Assembly (NCBI RefSeq): GCF_006345805.1
Contig: NC_043008.1
Coordinates: 42,408,001-42,472,000, forward strand
Reading direction: 5' to 3'
Length of the DNA: 64,000 nt
Source of the DNA: Octopus sinensis
Taxonomy: Eukaryota
The position numbers were made by a program, and so were the translations under genes. Shown here in pieces: positions 12,231 through 26,756 of this stretch. The notes beneath the pieces are model-generated. The model searched no databases. It was not told where the DNA came from and saw nothing but the letters and a program-made list of their open reading frames with translations. Numbering within the stretch: position 1 is the first letter of the stretch; the number at the start of each line of letters is the position of its first letter.

Positions 12231-13853
12231 TATACATCTATTAGTATATGCATATGGTGTGTGGCTGTATGTATTTATATATAAACATATATAAAACAAT
12301 TATATACACAAAATATATGTATATATATAATACGTATGTGTGTGTCTATATGTATATATTTATGTATGTATGTAGATACACTTATAAAGTATTATATTTG
12401 GGTTTGCTTCGACGGTCCCTTACGTTCTTACAAACACCTCCTCAGCGTATTCAGCTCCATTTATACATTCCTGTTACATAGGCTTCACGAGACACGTAGC
12501 CATGAGCACGGCTGACTCACAAACATACCAAACACACGAACTTGTGTGCAGTGTATGTGGATGCTCAAACAACTATGGCCTATAACTGTAGTTATTTATC
12601 AACTTATAGATCACGTGGGCATTCAATAAATTTCCAGGAGAAACACGCTTCATATGCAATGCCCTGTTTCCAAAGTAAAGAAAGAGACTGATATATTTCG
12701 TTCGTGTAATAAGAACACCACCAAATAACCATGTAGCTCTGGGCTTCTGCCAAGATTTGCTCCACGCTAGGTCACGTGACAGGCTATATTGAGCACCGAA
12801 TGCAGTTGCGAAGAATAAAGCCGTGTTGCGCTAATGGTCTTTTCTATTTAGCGTTCTCCAGGCTCTCAAATAGATGAACAATCCATTCAAACCAAATCTA
12901 ATCTGAACGCTCTCTGTGAGATATTGCATGGGAAATGCAATACGGTTAACAACGGTCCACACAACATTCTGAATGGTACATCAACGAAACATATCCTTCA
13001 TTTTTTTTTCCAATAGCGTGACCCACCTGAAGACGAGCCACACCTCACCCGGCCCGCTTGTAGGGAAGAAATTGCCTATGGCCGTTCTAATCTATTGAGG
13101 TGAAAAATTTAACAGCGATGATGACCAGTTTAGTAAAAAAACTGAGGTGATATATATGTCTGTAAGTTCAACCCGGTGTTTCATGGATAACCTCCCGCTC
13201 ATTGTTTTTCTGGGCAACAGTCTCCACCCTATTTGTTACGACGCCCCACTTGCTTTCTCTCTGGATATCTGTGCACTCAGTTCTGTACAGAACACTGACC
13301 ATCGCTATGGAATATCTTCGCCATTCAGCTAACCACAAAACTTTCACTTATCCGATTAAAAATTATATTTAAAAAAAGTATTTAATGGCACAAACATTTC
13401 TGTTTCTGAAAAAAAAACCCATATAAAATAGATTGATATAACCAGAAGAAATTACTGGTATTAAGATACACGCAAATATAATGTTTATTTTTTCATCTGC
13501 ATCTAACAAAATTGGATCTAATACATTCTGATTCCGGATGGCTTCTTCTCCAATTAATTTGCAGTTCCCGTCATTACCAGGTTTACTAATTAACTTATAG
13601 ACATATGGAATATTTATTGAAATTAATGGTTTAACATCAAACAAAATTTGCTTCCTATTATATGTCAGTCGTTTAATTATGTCTCGATTAATTATCTACC
13701 AAATAACTTATCGAACAAACTACCAAATAACTTATCGCACAAACATATTCACATACATAGAATGAGACCAAAATTATACACACATACGCACATTTATAAT
13801 TTCATTGTTATTTTACTCAGTACTACCTCGTTAATTTGCGTCCGGAATTTATA

Positions 13854-13896
<43 letters not shown>

Positions 13897-14206
13897 AACA
13901 TACTTACATACAGACATTCATAAATGTATATATATGTATGTATATGTATGTATGTATGAATCTATACAATATACATACACTGTCGAATATGAATATACAT
14001 GTATTCTAAGTGTATGTTAAAAGTGTTTGTCTTTCATTTGAAATATACACAGAGGCTCTTATCTATTGTTATACACCCACACAGACACACAGATTCATAT
14101 ATTTATACACAGGCCATAAAACACACACGAGCATATGTATGCATATATATATATGCATACATACACAAATAAAAATAGACACACACGTATGTATGTATGT
14201 GTATAT

Positions 14207-14271
<65 letters not shown>

Positions 14272-14522
14272 CAAATAGGAAAATGGAGAGAATACAGAAT
14301 CGAGAGATACAAGCCAGTAGACATTCTAGTATATCTATTTATTCAAAAGTATTAGAAAATATTAGAAGAATACCAATGTAAGAACAATGTGTTAAACACA
14401 CGAACTAATATTAAGAAGAGCAAAAGAGCAAAAGATCAGATCGTCAGTGATAGGTACTGTTCCATTGTGGTTGGTTTCCCAACCTCTAACACACAAACAC
14501 ACGCATACATGCATACATATGC

Positions 14523-14553
<31 letters not shown>

Positions 14554-14564
14554 CATATATATAT

Positions 14565-14800
14565 AAGCTCGCCGGTGACACGCAAATGGCACCCGTGCAG
14601 GTGATATATAACAGCACCAATTACGCTCTCGGACGGTTGACGTTAGGAAGGGCATCCAGCTGCAGGAAACCATGACAAATCACACTGGAGTATGCTGCAG
14701 CATCACAGCGCACCAGTCCTCCCAGAAAAAGAATGAGCAGGATGTTATCCATGAAACACCTGACAATGAGCGTTGAATGATGATGCTGATGATGATGTGT
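14565..14800 (+). mobile_element. SINE or RTE-related fragment ending in (TGA)n
   Basis: Contains GGTTGACGTTAGGAAGGGCATCCAGCTG, a motif I recognise from RTE-associated repeats, and ends in GATGATGCTGATGATGATG. Confidence 0.5.
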
Positions 14801-15396
14801 ATATTATTCAGGTAGAATACTTTTAAAAGTGACAGAAGTTTCGGTAAGCTAAGCCCTCATGGGTCAGCGACCCATTAAAGTTAACTTTAGCTTTCCTCAC
14901 AGTTATCTTAAAGTATTCCTTGATTTTAATGGAGTGGCAATTAGCCTGTCGGGTTGCTTGTTATGAAGAGATGTTTTGGAGACATTTTTATTGGTGAAAT
15001 TTATGGTTTTGTTCACCAAGCTTGAAAAGAATCCAAATCGATGGTCTGAAGTTTATGCAGTTAGCAGAGGCCAGCGATTCGGATTCTTTTCCGGGGTTAT
15101 TCCAGTATAGAGCACCGAGGAACAGAAATAACAGTGAAATATCGATATCGGTAATCCTCGATCAACTCCAGGGCGATTCGTTTAACCGGCTTTTGAAGTA
15201 TGCTTTATTTCTTAAAACTCTAACTCTTTGAAGGGATTTTCCCTGGACGAAATGCCGCAGTCTAAAAGCATTTAACAAGACACACACGTTAAGTATATGT
15301 GACATTGATCGTGTTTATATTATAGAGCTGCTTCGAACACGAAATATACACACATGCATACACACACACAGAGAAATATATATATATATATATATA

Positions 15397-15524
15397 CTTT
15401 ATTTTAAGCAGCAGAAAATTCAACAGATTTTGTTGAATTTTCTGTTGCTTAAAATAAAGCATATTACTCTACCACTGGTATTTGAGTACTCTTTCTTCCA
15501 CCTTGTTTCACATTTATGTGTTTA
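15397..15524. mobile_element. Collapsed foldback (palindromic) element, same family as 48250-48418
   Basis: Hairpin CTTTATTTTAAGCAGCAGAAAATTCAACA-GATTT-TGTTGAATTTTCTGTTGCTTAAAATAAAG plus a one-sided extension. (TA)n lies on both sides. Confidence 0.75.
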
Positions 15525-15530
15525 CTCCGG

Positions 15531-15596
<66 letters not shown>

Positions 15597-15678
15597 TATA
15601 TATTATATATATACATATATATATATATAGATACATGTATACATACATATATACATACATAAATATATATATACATAC

Positions 15679-16093
15679 AGGCTTAGGAGTGGCTATGTGG
15701 TAAGTAACTTGCTTACCAACCACATGGTTCCGTGTTCAGTCTCACTACATGGCACCTAGGTATGTGTCTTCTACTATAGCCTCGGGCCAAAGAATTGTGA
15801 GTGGATTTGGTAAGCGAAAGTGAAAGAATCCCGTCGTATATGTATATATATGTGTATGTGTGTGTGTGTACGTGTGTGTGCGTGTATATGTTTGTGTGTC
15901 TGTATTTGTTCCCCGCCATCTCTTGACAACCGATGTTAGTGTGTTTACGTCCCCGTAAACTAGCGGCTTGGCAAAAGAGACCGATAGAATAAGTACAAAG
16001 CTTACAAAGAATAAGTCCTGGGGTCGATTTGCTCGAATAAAGGCGCTGCTCCAGCACCGCCGCAGTCAAATGACTGAAACAAAACAATAAAAG
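15679..16093 (+). mobile_element. SINE family A, full length
   Basis: Colinear with 3011-3410. Confidence 0.9.
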
Positions 16094-16886
16094 AATATAT
16101 GTATATGTACGTATGTATATATATATATATATACATACTCATATATATATACACACATACACACACATGTATATATGTGTAGATATATAAATGGATAGAT
16201 AAATACATACATATACAAACACACACACATATATTTATATATGCACTTGTAGATACATATGTGCATATATACCTATACACACACACACGCACTAATATTA
16301 ATATATATACGTCTATAGATACACACACACACACACACACACTTATCTCTATGTATGTATGTGTGTATATGAAATATATATGCGTCATTATGATGGATTT
16401 CGTTCGACGATTGCAAGCACGCATCCATATTGATTCGAAAAGATAGTCGGAGGTGGCCAACCCCATCAAAACACACACACACATTGCAGTTCACTAAACA
16501 ATACTATTACACGTTTCACTAACCTCATACATATGGATGCGTTATTGTGAACGAAGGAGAGTTCTTCGGTGTTTCCTCTTCTGTTTAATGTAACGTTCGA
16601 AGCAGTTTATTGTCTGTTAATATTTACAGAAATACAATTATTTCTTATCGACTTAAACTCTCTAGTTTATAAACTGTGAATAATACGATACATCTCTGTT
16701 TAAGATCACGTAAAATCGCCAACATAATAGATATTATTTTGTTCGTGTCGTAGTGACTATCAGAAGGCACTTATCATTAAATACGCATTTAAATTAGCAG
16801 AGAACAGATTCTTTTTCAAGGCGCCTATTTTCGCTTGAAATTGTTCTACTTCATCCTGGCCATTCACTTGGTTAGCATGAAGTCAG

Positions 16887-17336
16887 TTACAAAGCTAATC
16901 CACCTATTTCTTTACTACCCACAAGGGGCTAACACAGAAGGGACAAACGAGGACAGACAAAGAGATTAAGTCGATTACATCGACCCCAGTGTGTACCTGG
17001 TACTTATTCAATCGATCCCGAAAGAATGAAAGCAAAGTCGACCTCGGCGGAATTTGAACTCAGAACGTAGCGGCAGACGAAATACCTATTTCTTTACGAC
17101 CCACAAGGAGCTAAACACAGAGAGTACAAACATAGACAGACGAACGGATTAAGTCGATTATATCGACCCTAGTGCGTATCTGGTACTTCATTTATCGACC
17201 CCGAAAGGATGAAATGCAAAGTCGACCTCGGCGGAATTTGAAATCAGAACGTAGCGGCAGACGAATTACTGCTAAGCATTTCGCCCGGCGTGCTAACGGT
17301 TCTGCCAGCTCGCAGCTTTACAAAGCTAATCCACCT
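16887..17336 (-). mobile_element. SINE family B dimer (full unit plus 5'-truncated unit) flanked by a target-site duplication of up to 19 bp
   Basis: Head ...GCGAGCTGGCAGAACCGTTAGCACGCCGGGCGAAAT with B-box-like TTCAAATTCC. TTACAAAGCTAATCCACCT occurs at 16887-16905 and 17318-17336. Confidence 0.85.
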
Positions 17337-17374
17337 CTACATTCTGTTGCAACTCTTTGGTTTTACTACCGCTA

Positions 17375-17611
17375 CTACAACATCCTCTGTTCCACGAAAT
17401 TTGCTATTACTGTGCTGTCTCTGGTCGATTCTCTTTCACTCAACACCCGTATTGTATTCAACCAATACGTCCATCCTTCTTTCCCGCGCAGACTATTTTG
17501 GTCTCGCACCCGTTTCAAAACAACGTCGTGGGTATCTATGTCACCGATGTCACGGTGTCGGCGAAGGCCATCAAACGGATACAACCTCCAGACAAAAGTA
17601 TTAACGATCAT
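17375..17611 (-). mobile_element. Probable GIY-YIG endonuclease C-terminus of a Penelope-like element (relic)
   Basis: VLKRVRDQNSLRGKEGWTYWLNTIRVLSERE resembles the R..KE..W...L.T..P.GLNERE ending of PLE GIY-YIG domains. Recognised by eye only. Confidence 0.45.
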
Positions 17612-17779
17612 TCGATACTAATAACTTTGCCTGATCCGATAAATTCGATCTCTGTCTATGTGAAAATCTCTTTTTAAATGACATTTAGATAATTTTATCA
17701 ATCAAGGGTACCAAGCGGTGTCTCGATCGCGACATTCTCAGTTTTCTGACCAACCAGTTACGTTAACATATTTTTGTTT

Positions 17780-17948
17780 AGTCGTCATTATCATCACCAC
17801 CACTATCGTTACCACCACCAAAACCACCACCACCACTACGAACATCAACATAGCAATCGTTACCGTCGTCGTCATCATTCTCATCATCATCGTCATCCTC
17901 CTCCTCCTCCTCATCATCATCATCATCATCATCTTCATCATCATCGTT

Positions 17949-18002
<54 letters not shown>

Positions 18003-18047
18003 GTCATCATCATCATCATCATCTTCATCATCATCATCATCAGCATC

Positions 18048-18092
<45 letters not shown>

Positions 18093-18220
18093 GTCATCGT
18101 CGTCGTCATCGTCATCATTATCATCATCATCAACATCTTCACCATCGTCGTCGTCGTCATCAACGTCGTCGTCATCATCATCAACATGATAATCATCGTC
18201 ATCATCATCACCATCTTCAC
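17780..18220. repeat. (CAT)n/(CGT)n compound microsatellite
   Basis: Seen directly in the sequence. Confidence 0.98.
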
Positions 18221-19539
18221 ACTTGTAGAGATATCACATATCTCATATAATCAACTTCAGAGTTCCGTTCGATTTAGTAATTAACAAATTCACTCCTTGA
18301 AGATATTGCGTTATTAAAATGTCCTCTATCCTTAAGAATCAGGTTTCTCCAATTTTATCAAATTCATTTATTTATTCGTTTATTTATTTATTTATTCATT
18401 CGTTCTTATTTTTCATGGCGAAGTCAACGAACTCAGGAAATGATACAGATTCACAGACAAATTTCGCTTCGATTGTGAGTTTCGTCTTTGCAGCTCGTCG
18501 ATATAAGCACCAGTAATATTGGTTTCAAATTTTGGTACGAGGCCAGCAATTGTGGGGGGTGGAGTGCAAGTTGATTACATTGACCCCAGTGCTCAACTGG
18601 TATTTATTTTATCGGACTCGAAAAGACAAGAGAGCAAAGTCGACCTGGACAGCATTTGAACACGGAAGAAGTGCTGCTAAGCATTTTTCTGGGGTTAAGG
18701 ATTCTGCTAACTCGCCACCCTCTACGTACAAGGTATATTCTAATGTTTTTCATAGAATCCCTTGTCTTGTGCTTATTCTATGCATGAATGTTGTTGTAAA
18801 GAACGCTGGACAGATATATCAGTTAAGTGCCTTCGGGTATTTAGAAGAGACAAATATTGGGGATTCGAGAGAAAATAGGAAACATTCACGCCGAAATTTA
18901 TGGCTTCTAATTTAGAATTGTTGCAGAGGCTTTTTGATGTGTCCTTCAAGATATCCCCCAAAAGTTGCCCTTGTGGAAAAAAAAAAGCTCATAACAATAT
19001 TGACCCTATAATATATTTACTTTATAATCTTTTACTTCTTCCAGTCAACTGACTACGTCCATGTTGGGGTACTATCTTGAAGAATTTTAGTGAGAAGAAT
19101 CGAATCCACACTTTTTGAAAGCTTGGTAATTATTCTTTCCTAACACTGCTTGGTAAGCGGTGGTGGGTGACAAACACAGACGCAAAAACATACACACGCA
19201 TACATGCACACACACACACCCATACACACATGTATGTGCGAATGTATGTATGTATGTATGTATGTATGTATGTATGTATGTATATATGTATGTATGCATG
19301 TTTGTATCCGGCGGGCTTCTTTCCGTTTCCATTTACCAAATCCCTAAATCCATCAACAATGCTTTACACGTCCTGGGGCTATAGCAGAAAGTACTTGCCC
19401 AAGTTGCCTCGTAGTGAGGCTGAGCCAGGATCCTTGTGCTTAGAAAGGTTTTAATATTTTTGACAATGTTTTGGGGGGAAATCGTTAAGGTGCTGCAGCA
19501 ATCCTCATAGATGAGAAACTTCCTACTCTTCCATTTTTC

Positions 19540-19990
19540 AGATTCTTGTTAAGGTCTCCGATCGAGTTTCTATAATTTTCGATACCCCCAGTAATGCTGT
19601 GCATGAAAATAATGGTAACATTAATGACGTCATACCGTAAATGATTAAATCGTGAGTGATGTCATGTAATAAGTAACCCTCAATTTTGTGATGACGTTCC
19701 CGAAGTATTTCGTAGGACATTACAACTTTGCTCATTTCACTGCCTTAACTTCTATTAATTATCCGTCCTGATTTCGCAATATTGGCCTGTATTTCCCTGT
19801 GGATGTATGCAGCCATCAGTATATGTCTTCATAGACATTCTCCATTTGGTCAATTTTAACAGCCTGCCATTGCATGATCGATAGTTCGTCGCTATTAATT
19901 GTATATTCTATACTTCTCATCTAGTAACTTATAGTCTTATTCATCTCTAAAACAGCCACCTGTTATTCCTTTCATGTCAGAGCTGCTAAT
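19540..19990 (-). mobile_element. Possible highly decayed LINE reverse transcriptase fragment
   Basis: One frame gives IEVK...KYFGNVIT, resembling the RT domain-7 KYLG motif. The region has many stops and frameshifts. Confidence 0.3.
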
Positions 19991-21307
19991 CCACTTCGGG
20001 GTTTTATAACACTTTGATCTAATTTTACTGATTATGTTACATAAAAGAACATACAACATCGCATTTCTATAGTATTACCACCAAGAACGTTCTCACGGTT
20101 CTTTTTCGGTTAACTTACAACGTGAGCTGTCATTGTAATTCGTGGGTCCAGATGCCAGAATATATTAGCGAAAAAGTCAATTTCATTTGAGAAATATTAG
20201 CAAACAAATCTCTCCATAAATGCACAATTCACGAGAAAATTAAGACATTTTTTCAAACTGTATTACGAGATGGTTTTATAGGAGAGGAACCTCTCGATGG
20301 AAGACGGTGTCGCAGTTTGCCTTTAATTTCTTTTGTACTTTCTTCCTCGTGTCCCCATATACGAAACAAGATACGCAAGAACCTTCGCACATATATGATA
20401 CCATGTTTCCCAAGGGACATTCACACGCTAATGAGGTGATGCACGGAGGTGACTGTATAGTTAAATTATCATATAATTAGCATATACATTTAGTGAAGGC
20501 TTTTACCCAATATCTCCATGGAGAACTGTACTGAGGACTGAACATATTGCAAAGTTCTGTTCAAATCCAAGAGTTTATTTGTGATAGAAGTCGTTGCCGG
20601 TTCGGCATGGTATATGGTTGTAGTAACAAAATACTAAATTCTTTGCAGTTTGTCTTCACTTTATGAAAACGTTTCCAGAAATAGAGACCTACAAAAGAAG
20701 CCGTCACCAGAGCACGTGCTCTTAGTTTGGAATTACGAATTATGTCTTTATAAGAGAAAAGGAGCGATCAAAAGTTGCACGTAAGGGAATGAAAGCAAAG
20801 AAATGACGAAAAATGGCGTAGGAATCTAACTAAATTAGTTGAGGTTATTTGATTTATTTACATTCACTGTGGTACGATTGTATTTTACTATTTTGAAAAA
20901 GGCCAAGAAGGATATTGTGCAATTGTAAGGAAAATTCAATTGAATAAAAACATTCTAACTCACGGTTTTGCGTACGTGAGATTCGATTGAATACGTATTT
21001 AGCACGTGATTTCAAGAATCTATCTATGTATGCATGTATTTATGTATGTATATATATATATGTATGTTTGTATGCATTCATCTATGTATATACATATATA
21101 TGAAGACATATTTATATACATATATATATATTTGCATTGACACATACATATGTACAGGTAATTTTATTTTATTTTAAAAAGACGGATGTATATATATACA
21201 TACATACCTACTTATATATAAATATTAACGTATTTACATATATATACGTATATATATGTATATATATGCGTGTGTGTGTAATTATATACATATGTATGTT
21301 TGTATAT

Positions 21308-21351
<44 letters not shown>

Positions 21352-21972
21352 TATATTGACATCATTGCTCAGATAGTAGACTCACGTAAAGAGGTTTATG
21401 TTGTTGTCTAAGTCACATATATATTTACGTATGTCTATAGAAATGCATCTGCCAGCGAAGTTTAATATTTTCTTGATTAAGAAGTAGTTTGAATAAAGAC
21501 ATTAATATTTGTTATGTGTCAACACATTTGACACATTCAATGGTGTTTTTCACTCTCCATTTATATAACATACACAGAACCATCTTATATGTGTGGGAGA
21601 GAACAAATATTAAAAGAAAAAAATTCAAGAAACTCAATAAAAATCCTGCAAAGAATCTGGATTTTTTCGTTTGTTTTTTGGTTTATATAAGGCGAGCAGG
21701 AATTTATTTATGTCTTTGGTTATAAAATTGCAAAAGTTAATGTCAGCGAATCAAATATCGGTGCTGTTCTATATTCCTTTTCAGCAGCGAATAAACAATA
21801 TCTTTTGGATAAATAAAAATATTGATACTAATAATAATAGTAATACAATAATTATTATTGTTATTAATATTATTATTGATATTTGATTAAAACTTTAAGC
21901 TTATTTTGGTGAGTATGAAGCAAAGTGTACGCTGTCCACAACCAGCAGACTAAGGTGTCACCTGATTAGTGA

Positions 21973-22150
21973 TTAAGCTTCAAGAATCCTGCGAAGACTT
22001 CTTGCAGTTCCCAGCAATGTAGATGTTCTATTTTTACATTTGTTAAAATCGCTTTGAGTCATGTTAGAAGATGAGTGGTGATTCTTTCCAGCCCGTCAGT
22101 TACTACAGGTATCACGTCCACTCTCAACCTCCTTGGTAGTAGTACAGGAA
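21973..22150 (-). mobile_element. R4/Dong-type LINE extreme C-terminus
   Basis: RVDVIPVVTDGL...TLLGTARSLRRILEA-stop matches the terminal VIPVV.GALG...LLGTARILR.VL pattern. Confidence 0.75.
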
Positions 22151-24329
22151 GCTAGCACAAAAAGAGTATAAACACCAGTCTAAACACCACCTCAAACACA
22201 CGGATACACACATACATACATGGATACATACATGCATATGCAAATATGCATACGTACATAAATATATATACATATTCGCTTGTTTTTATTCTTTTATTTG
22301 TTTCAGTAATGTGACTGCGGTCATGTTGGAGAACCTCCTTTAGCGGAAGAAATCGACTTCAGGACTTATTCTTTATAGACCTAGTATTCATTCTAGTGGG
22401 TCTTTTGCCGAACCGCTAAGTTGACGGAACGTGAAAACAATTCCACCGGTTGTCACGTGATGTGGGTGAAAAAATTACACGCACATACACACACAAACAC
22501 ACACACACACACACACACACATACACACACGCTCACACTTAAATACACGTTGGGATTCTTTCAGTAAAATTTATATGCCAACAGAATGTGACAGTCCTAT
22601 AAGTGATGATACTACTGTTGTTGTAGCCTCAGGAAAACAGCGTTTCAATATATAGCAATGGAGGTCAGTGCTCCTATCTCTAGCGTTACGTGATACTCAC
22701 AGACCTAGTTTTCTAGATTTTATCCGTCCTCAGTGTGAGACAACGACAAGCTGCTGACGAAAGTTCTTTCCATTTGCAGATGTTATATATTCCTTAAGCG
22801 ACACAGTCGTTGATCTTGTATTGAGAAGAACAATATGTATATACAGGTGGCGCTATTATGTTAGAAGCAGCCAGGGTTAGTCTTTGTCTTGAGCATATCT
22901 AGGTTTTCTAAGTTATGTGTGTACGCACCTGTATGTGTATGTACACACATCTGTGTGTGTATGTTTATATGTGTATATACATATAACTGTGTGTGTGTGT
23001 TTACATTTACTTTTATCTTAATCAAAGAGAAAATCCAACGGCTACCTGCAAGTGTTTCTGGGAATTGTGAGGCATTATTTGTAAGTTTAGAGGGCCCTTT
23101 AGGGGGCCCATTTTAGTTGTAACTTTCTGGTTTTGCGATGTTTGCCTATTTGTATTAATATGTAAATATGTGAGTGTGAATATGTAGCCGTTGAATTTTC
23201 TCTTTGAAGAAGATAAAAGTAAATGTAAACTTTTTCCAAATTTTTATCTGTTTTAGCAGCAAATAATTGTTACTGCTTAATGAGTTTTATGCGTTGATTA
23301 GAGTAAGACTTTTGTAGAAAGAAATAGAATCTAATTGCGGAAATGAAGGGCCGTTTGTCTTTCCTTCTTTATTAGGTTTCATATTACTTTTTTTCAGCAC
23401 GAAGCCCATAATTGTATGAAAGCACCTCCTTCTATGTCATATTCTACAGAAAAAACGAATTTGCAGTAGAAAGGTGTTGAGAAAGAGATAAAGTTCGAAA
23501 CGTCATACCGTGCAAGAAAATTGTAACCTGAAGTCTTCATTTTCACAATGATATCTCTTAACGACTGACCTTTTTTCAGGTATGAAGTAGAAGGCTACGA
23601 CTTGAACTCGTAATTTCCACGAGGAAAAAATATCTATTGAAATGAGAAGGTTCTTTGCCTCACTGTTTTTTTTTTCTGGCTTCATTTAAAGATATACACC
23701 GCGCTTCACCTCAATGTAAACAGCTATTTTTCATTGAGTAAGCGATTTTTACAGAAAATGCATCTGCAATAGAAAAGAAACATAAGGCGTTCTTTTACAT
23801 ACTCTAAATAGTTGCCAGTGGGGTAACTGAATATTACAATTAGTGAATTTAAGTTTATTTTACATTAAAGTAATTAACTCCCAGGCAAATTTTCTATTAC
23901 CACGATAAGCCCATGGCTAATATATGCTACACAAAAGTTAAAAATACTTCAATATTTAAAAGTTGGAAACTATTCTACATTTATTTTCTCATCATTTTTA
24001 TTTCTTTTCTCTGTGAAATAAAAATTTTAAATTAAACAATTCAAATAAAAGACTTCTTCATAATATTCGTGATGTTTAATACATTTTAAAATGTGTTTTA
24101 TTTTGTAAAATATTACACTTTCTCATATGTTCAGCTTCTATCGAGTTTTTCGTTCATTCTATAATGTCACTAGAGCAATCACATATATATATACATTCAT
24201 ACGATGATATAAATATCTCTATCCCTCGCTATCATTCTGTATACTTTCCTCTCTCTATCACACCCTATTTATATATCTATATATCTACCTATTTACTTTC
24301 CTCTCTCTCACACACTATCTTGCTAACAG

Positions 24330-24417
24330 TTTAACTATCTATCTATCTATCTATATATATATATATATATATTTATCTATCTATCTATCTACCTATCTAT
24401 ATATATATATGTATATA

Positions 24418-24470
<53 letters not shown>

Positions 24471-24498
24471 ATCTATCTATCTAACTATCTCTATCTAC

Positions 24499-24561
<63 letters not shown>

Positions 24562-24707
24562 CCTACCTATTTATCTATCACTATCTACCTATCTATTTAT
24601 CTATCTCGATCTATCTGTCTATCTATCTGTCTATCTATCTGTCTATCTCTATCTATCTATCTATCTATCTCTATCTATCTGTCTATCTATCTATCTATCT
24701 ACCTATC

Positions 24708-24778
<71 letters not shown>

Positions 24779-24799
24779 CTATCTATCTATCTATCTATC

Positions 24800-24838
<39 letters not shown>

Positions 24839-24860
24839 CTGTCTACCTATCTATCTCCCT
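24330..24860. repeat. (TA)n plus long (ATCT)n microsatellite
   Basis: Seen directly in the sequence. Confidence 0.98.
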
Positions 24861-25266
24861 AGCGATCTGCCTGTATCAATTTACAACTATGCATTTGCAT
24901 AAGAATGAAGGAGTCTATCCATAGATCTATACGACTATAGTTGTACATAGACCTATCTACGCATACAAACTCTCACACACAGATATATCCAATGCCTGAA
25001 AAGAGGCGATTGGAGAAGACGTTTGTGTAGTACACTTCATTACGTCATTAACAAATATATCATAGAATTTTTGAAGCAATTGTAAACTACCAAACATGGA
25101 CTATATTATTCATGCCTACATACATACACACACATGCACACATACATACATACACACACAAACATACATGCATACATATATACATACATACATACATACA
25201 TACATACATACATACACATACATGCATACATACATACATACATACATACATACATACATACATACA

Positions 25267-25298
<32 letters not shown>

Positions 25299-25920
25299 AT
25301 ATAAGAGGCATAGGTTGCAAGTGTCGGTACCTCTGACATTCCCCCTACATTTGGCCATGTTTTACCAATATCATAAATAAGGGGTGGAAACGACAGCAAA
25401 TGAATCAATCATACAATTAATGCTGCCACAAATTTGTAGCTTTGTGACAATGCAATTAATCATTAGGGTTCATTTGAATAATGACTGATGCTTAAGTACG
25501 GAAATTTAACAGAGAATCGGTTGTGTACGAGGTGAAATATTTCGTATATATTACTGTCCCTCTTCCATTTTAAATTCTATGATCAAATTCAGAGCATGAT
25601 CATTGGACACTCCTTGATCACGTGTCAATTTATCGACGCTCAGGTCAATTGATATTGGCCATCGATTTCTGATTTTGAAATAATGTAATATACTGTATAT
25701 AATATAATTTCTACCATAAGCACAAGGCCTGAAATTTGTCGGAGATGGTAAGTAGATTACATCGACCCCAGTGCGTAACTGGTACTTATTTAATCGACCC
25801 CCCTAAACGATGAAAGACAAAATCGAACTCGGCTGAATTTGAACTCAAAACGTATACATACATACATATTTTATATATACAAACATACATATATACATAT
25901 ATACATATATACATATATAC

Positions 25921-25971
<51 letters not shown>

Positions 25972-26584
25972 ATATATATAAAATATAGATTTACATACAT
26001 ATATATATACGTCACTGCGTGACATCTGGGGCCAATGTTTTCTGATATAGCCTAGAGCCGACCAAATCCTTGTGAACGGATTTGGTAGACGAAAGGTGAG
26101 AGAAGTCTGTTCGATATATATATTCATGTGTGTGTGTGTATTTGTATGGCTGTTCTTGTCCTCCACCATCGCATGACCACCGATGTTAGTGTGTTATAAA
26201 ACGGTTCGGCAAAGGAGACTGATAGAATAAGAGCTGAGGCCGATTTATTCAACTAAAGGCGGTACTTCAGCATGGTAAAAATAGGTAAAAATTCACTGCA
26301 TTGGTTTCGCAAGACGTCATGAAAAAGAATGGGGAGTTATACATCTTCAAATCTTTTCCACTGTATTAATGACAATAATACTGTTATAAAGACATTTTGG
26401 AGTTCTATAATTCTCTATTATTCTCTATGCATTGTATATGTATGTGTGTATTCATACATACAAACATACATACATATGTCGCATGCAATTTTAAATGAAA
26501 GTTCTTCAATTTCTGACACTCAACAAGTTGTTAGCTGACGTTTTTGAACGTCGGTCCGTCGAGTTTCTTAGTTGCCGTCCTCTC

Positions 26585-26756
26585 CTATTTGCTTTCAAAT
26601 TCCTTCAAGTTCGACATTTGCGCGTCATATTTCTCGTTCGACAAAACTATATTTTGAAATGTATTGGAGTCGATATTATCGAACGTACTTCTCCCTAAAA
26701 TTTCTATTTTTGTCTCTCCACCACAAACAATATCACTCGGAGAAGTGATACAATTG
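26585..26756 (-). other. Candidate host exon, product unknown
   Basis: Unique non-repetitive sequence with acceptor GATTTTTGTTCTAAACTTTTTAG (AG at 26758-26757). Open frame NCITSPSDIVCGGETKIEILGRSTFDNIDSNTFQNIVLSNEKYDAQMSNLKEFESK-stop. A possible internal donor GTACGT follows 26689. Confidence 0.3.

Noticed and set aside
12771-12780. GTCACGTGAC (CLEAR/E-box palindrome)
   Set aside because: It is a single motif near a probable transposon end (CACGTGGGCATTCAATAAAT at ~12613), and the same word occurs in a SINE tail at ~2663.
13369-13660. ~95-codon stop-free frame with DADEK and a hydrophobic stretch (cadherin-like?)
   Set aside because: Cadherin motif spacing does not fit and splice signals are weak. 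By rough estimate, about one ORF of this length is expected by chance in this much AT-rich DNA.
23503-23685. Possible mariner N-terminus (RYHCENEDFRLQ)
   Set aside because: The similarity is limited to a few residues, with no TIR or catalytic region found.
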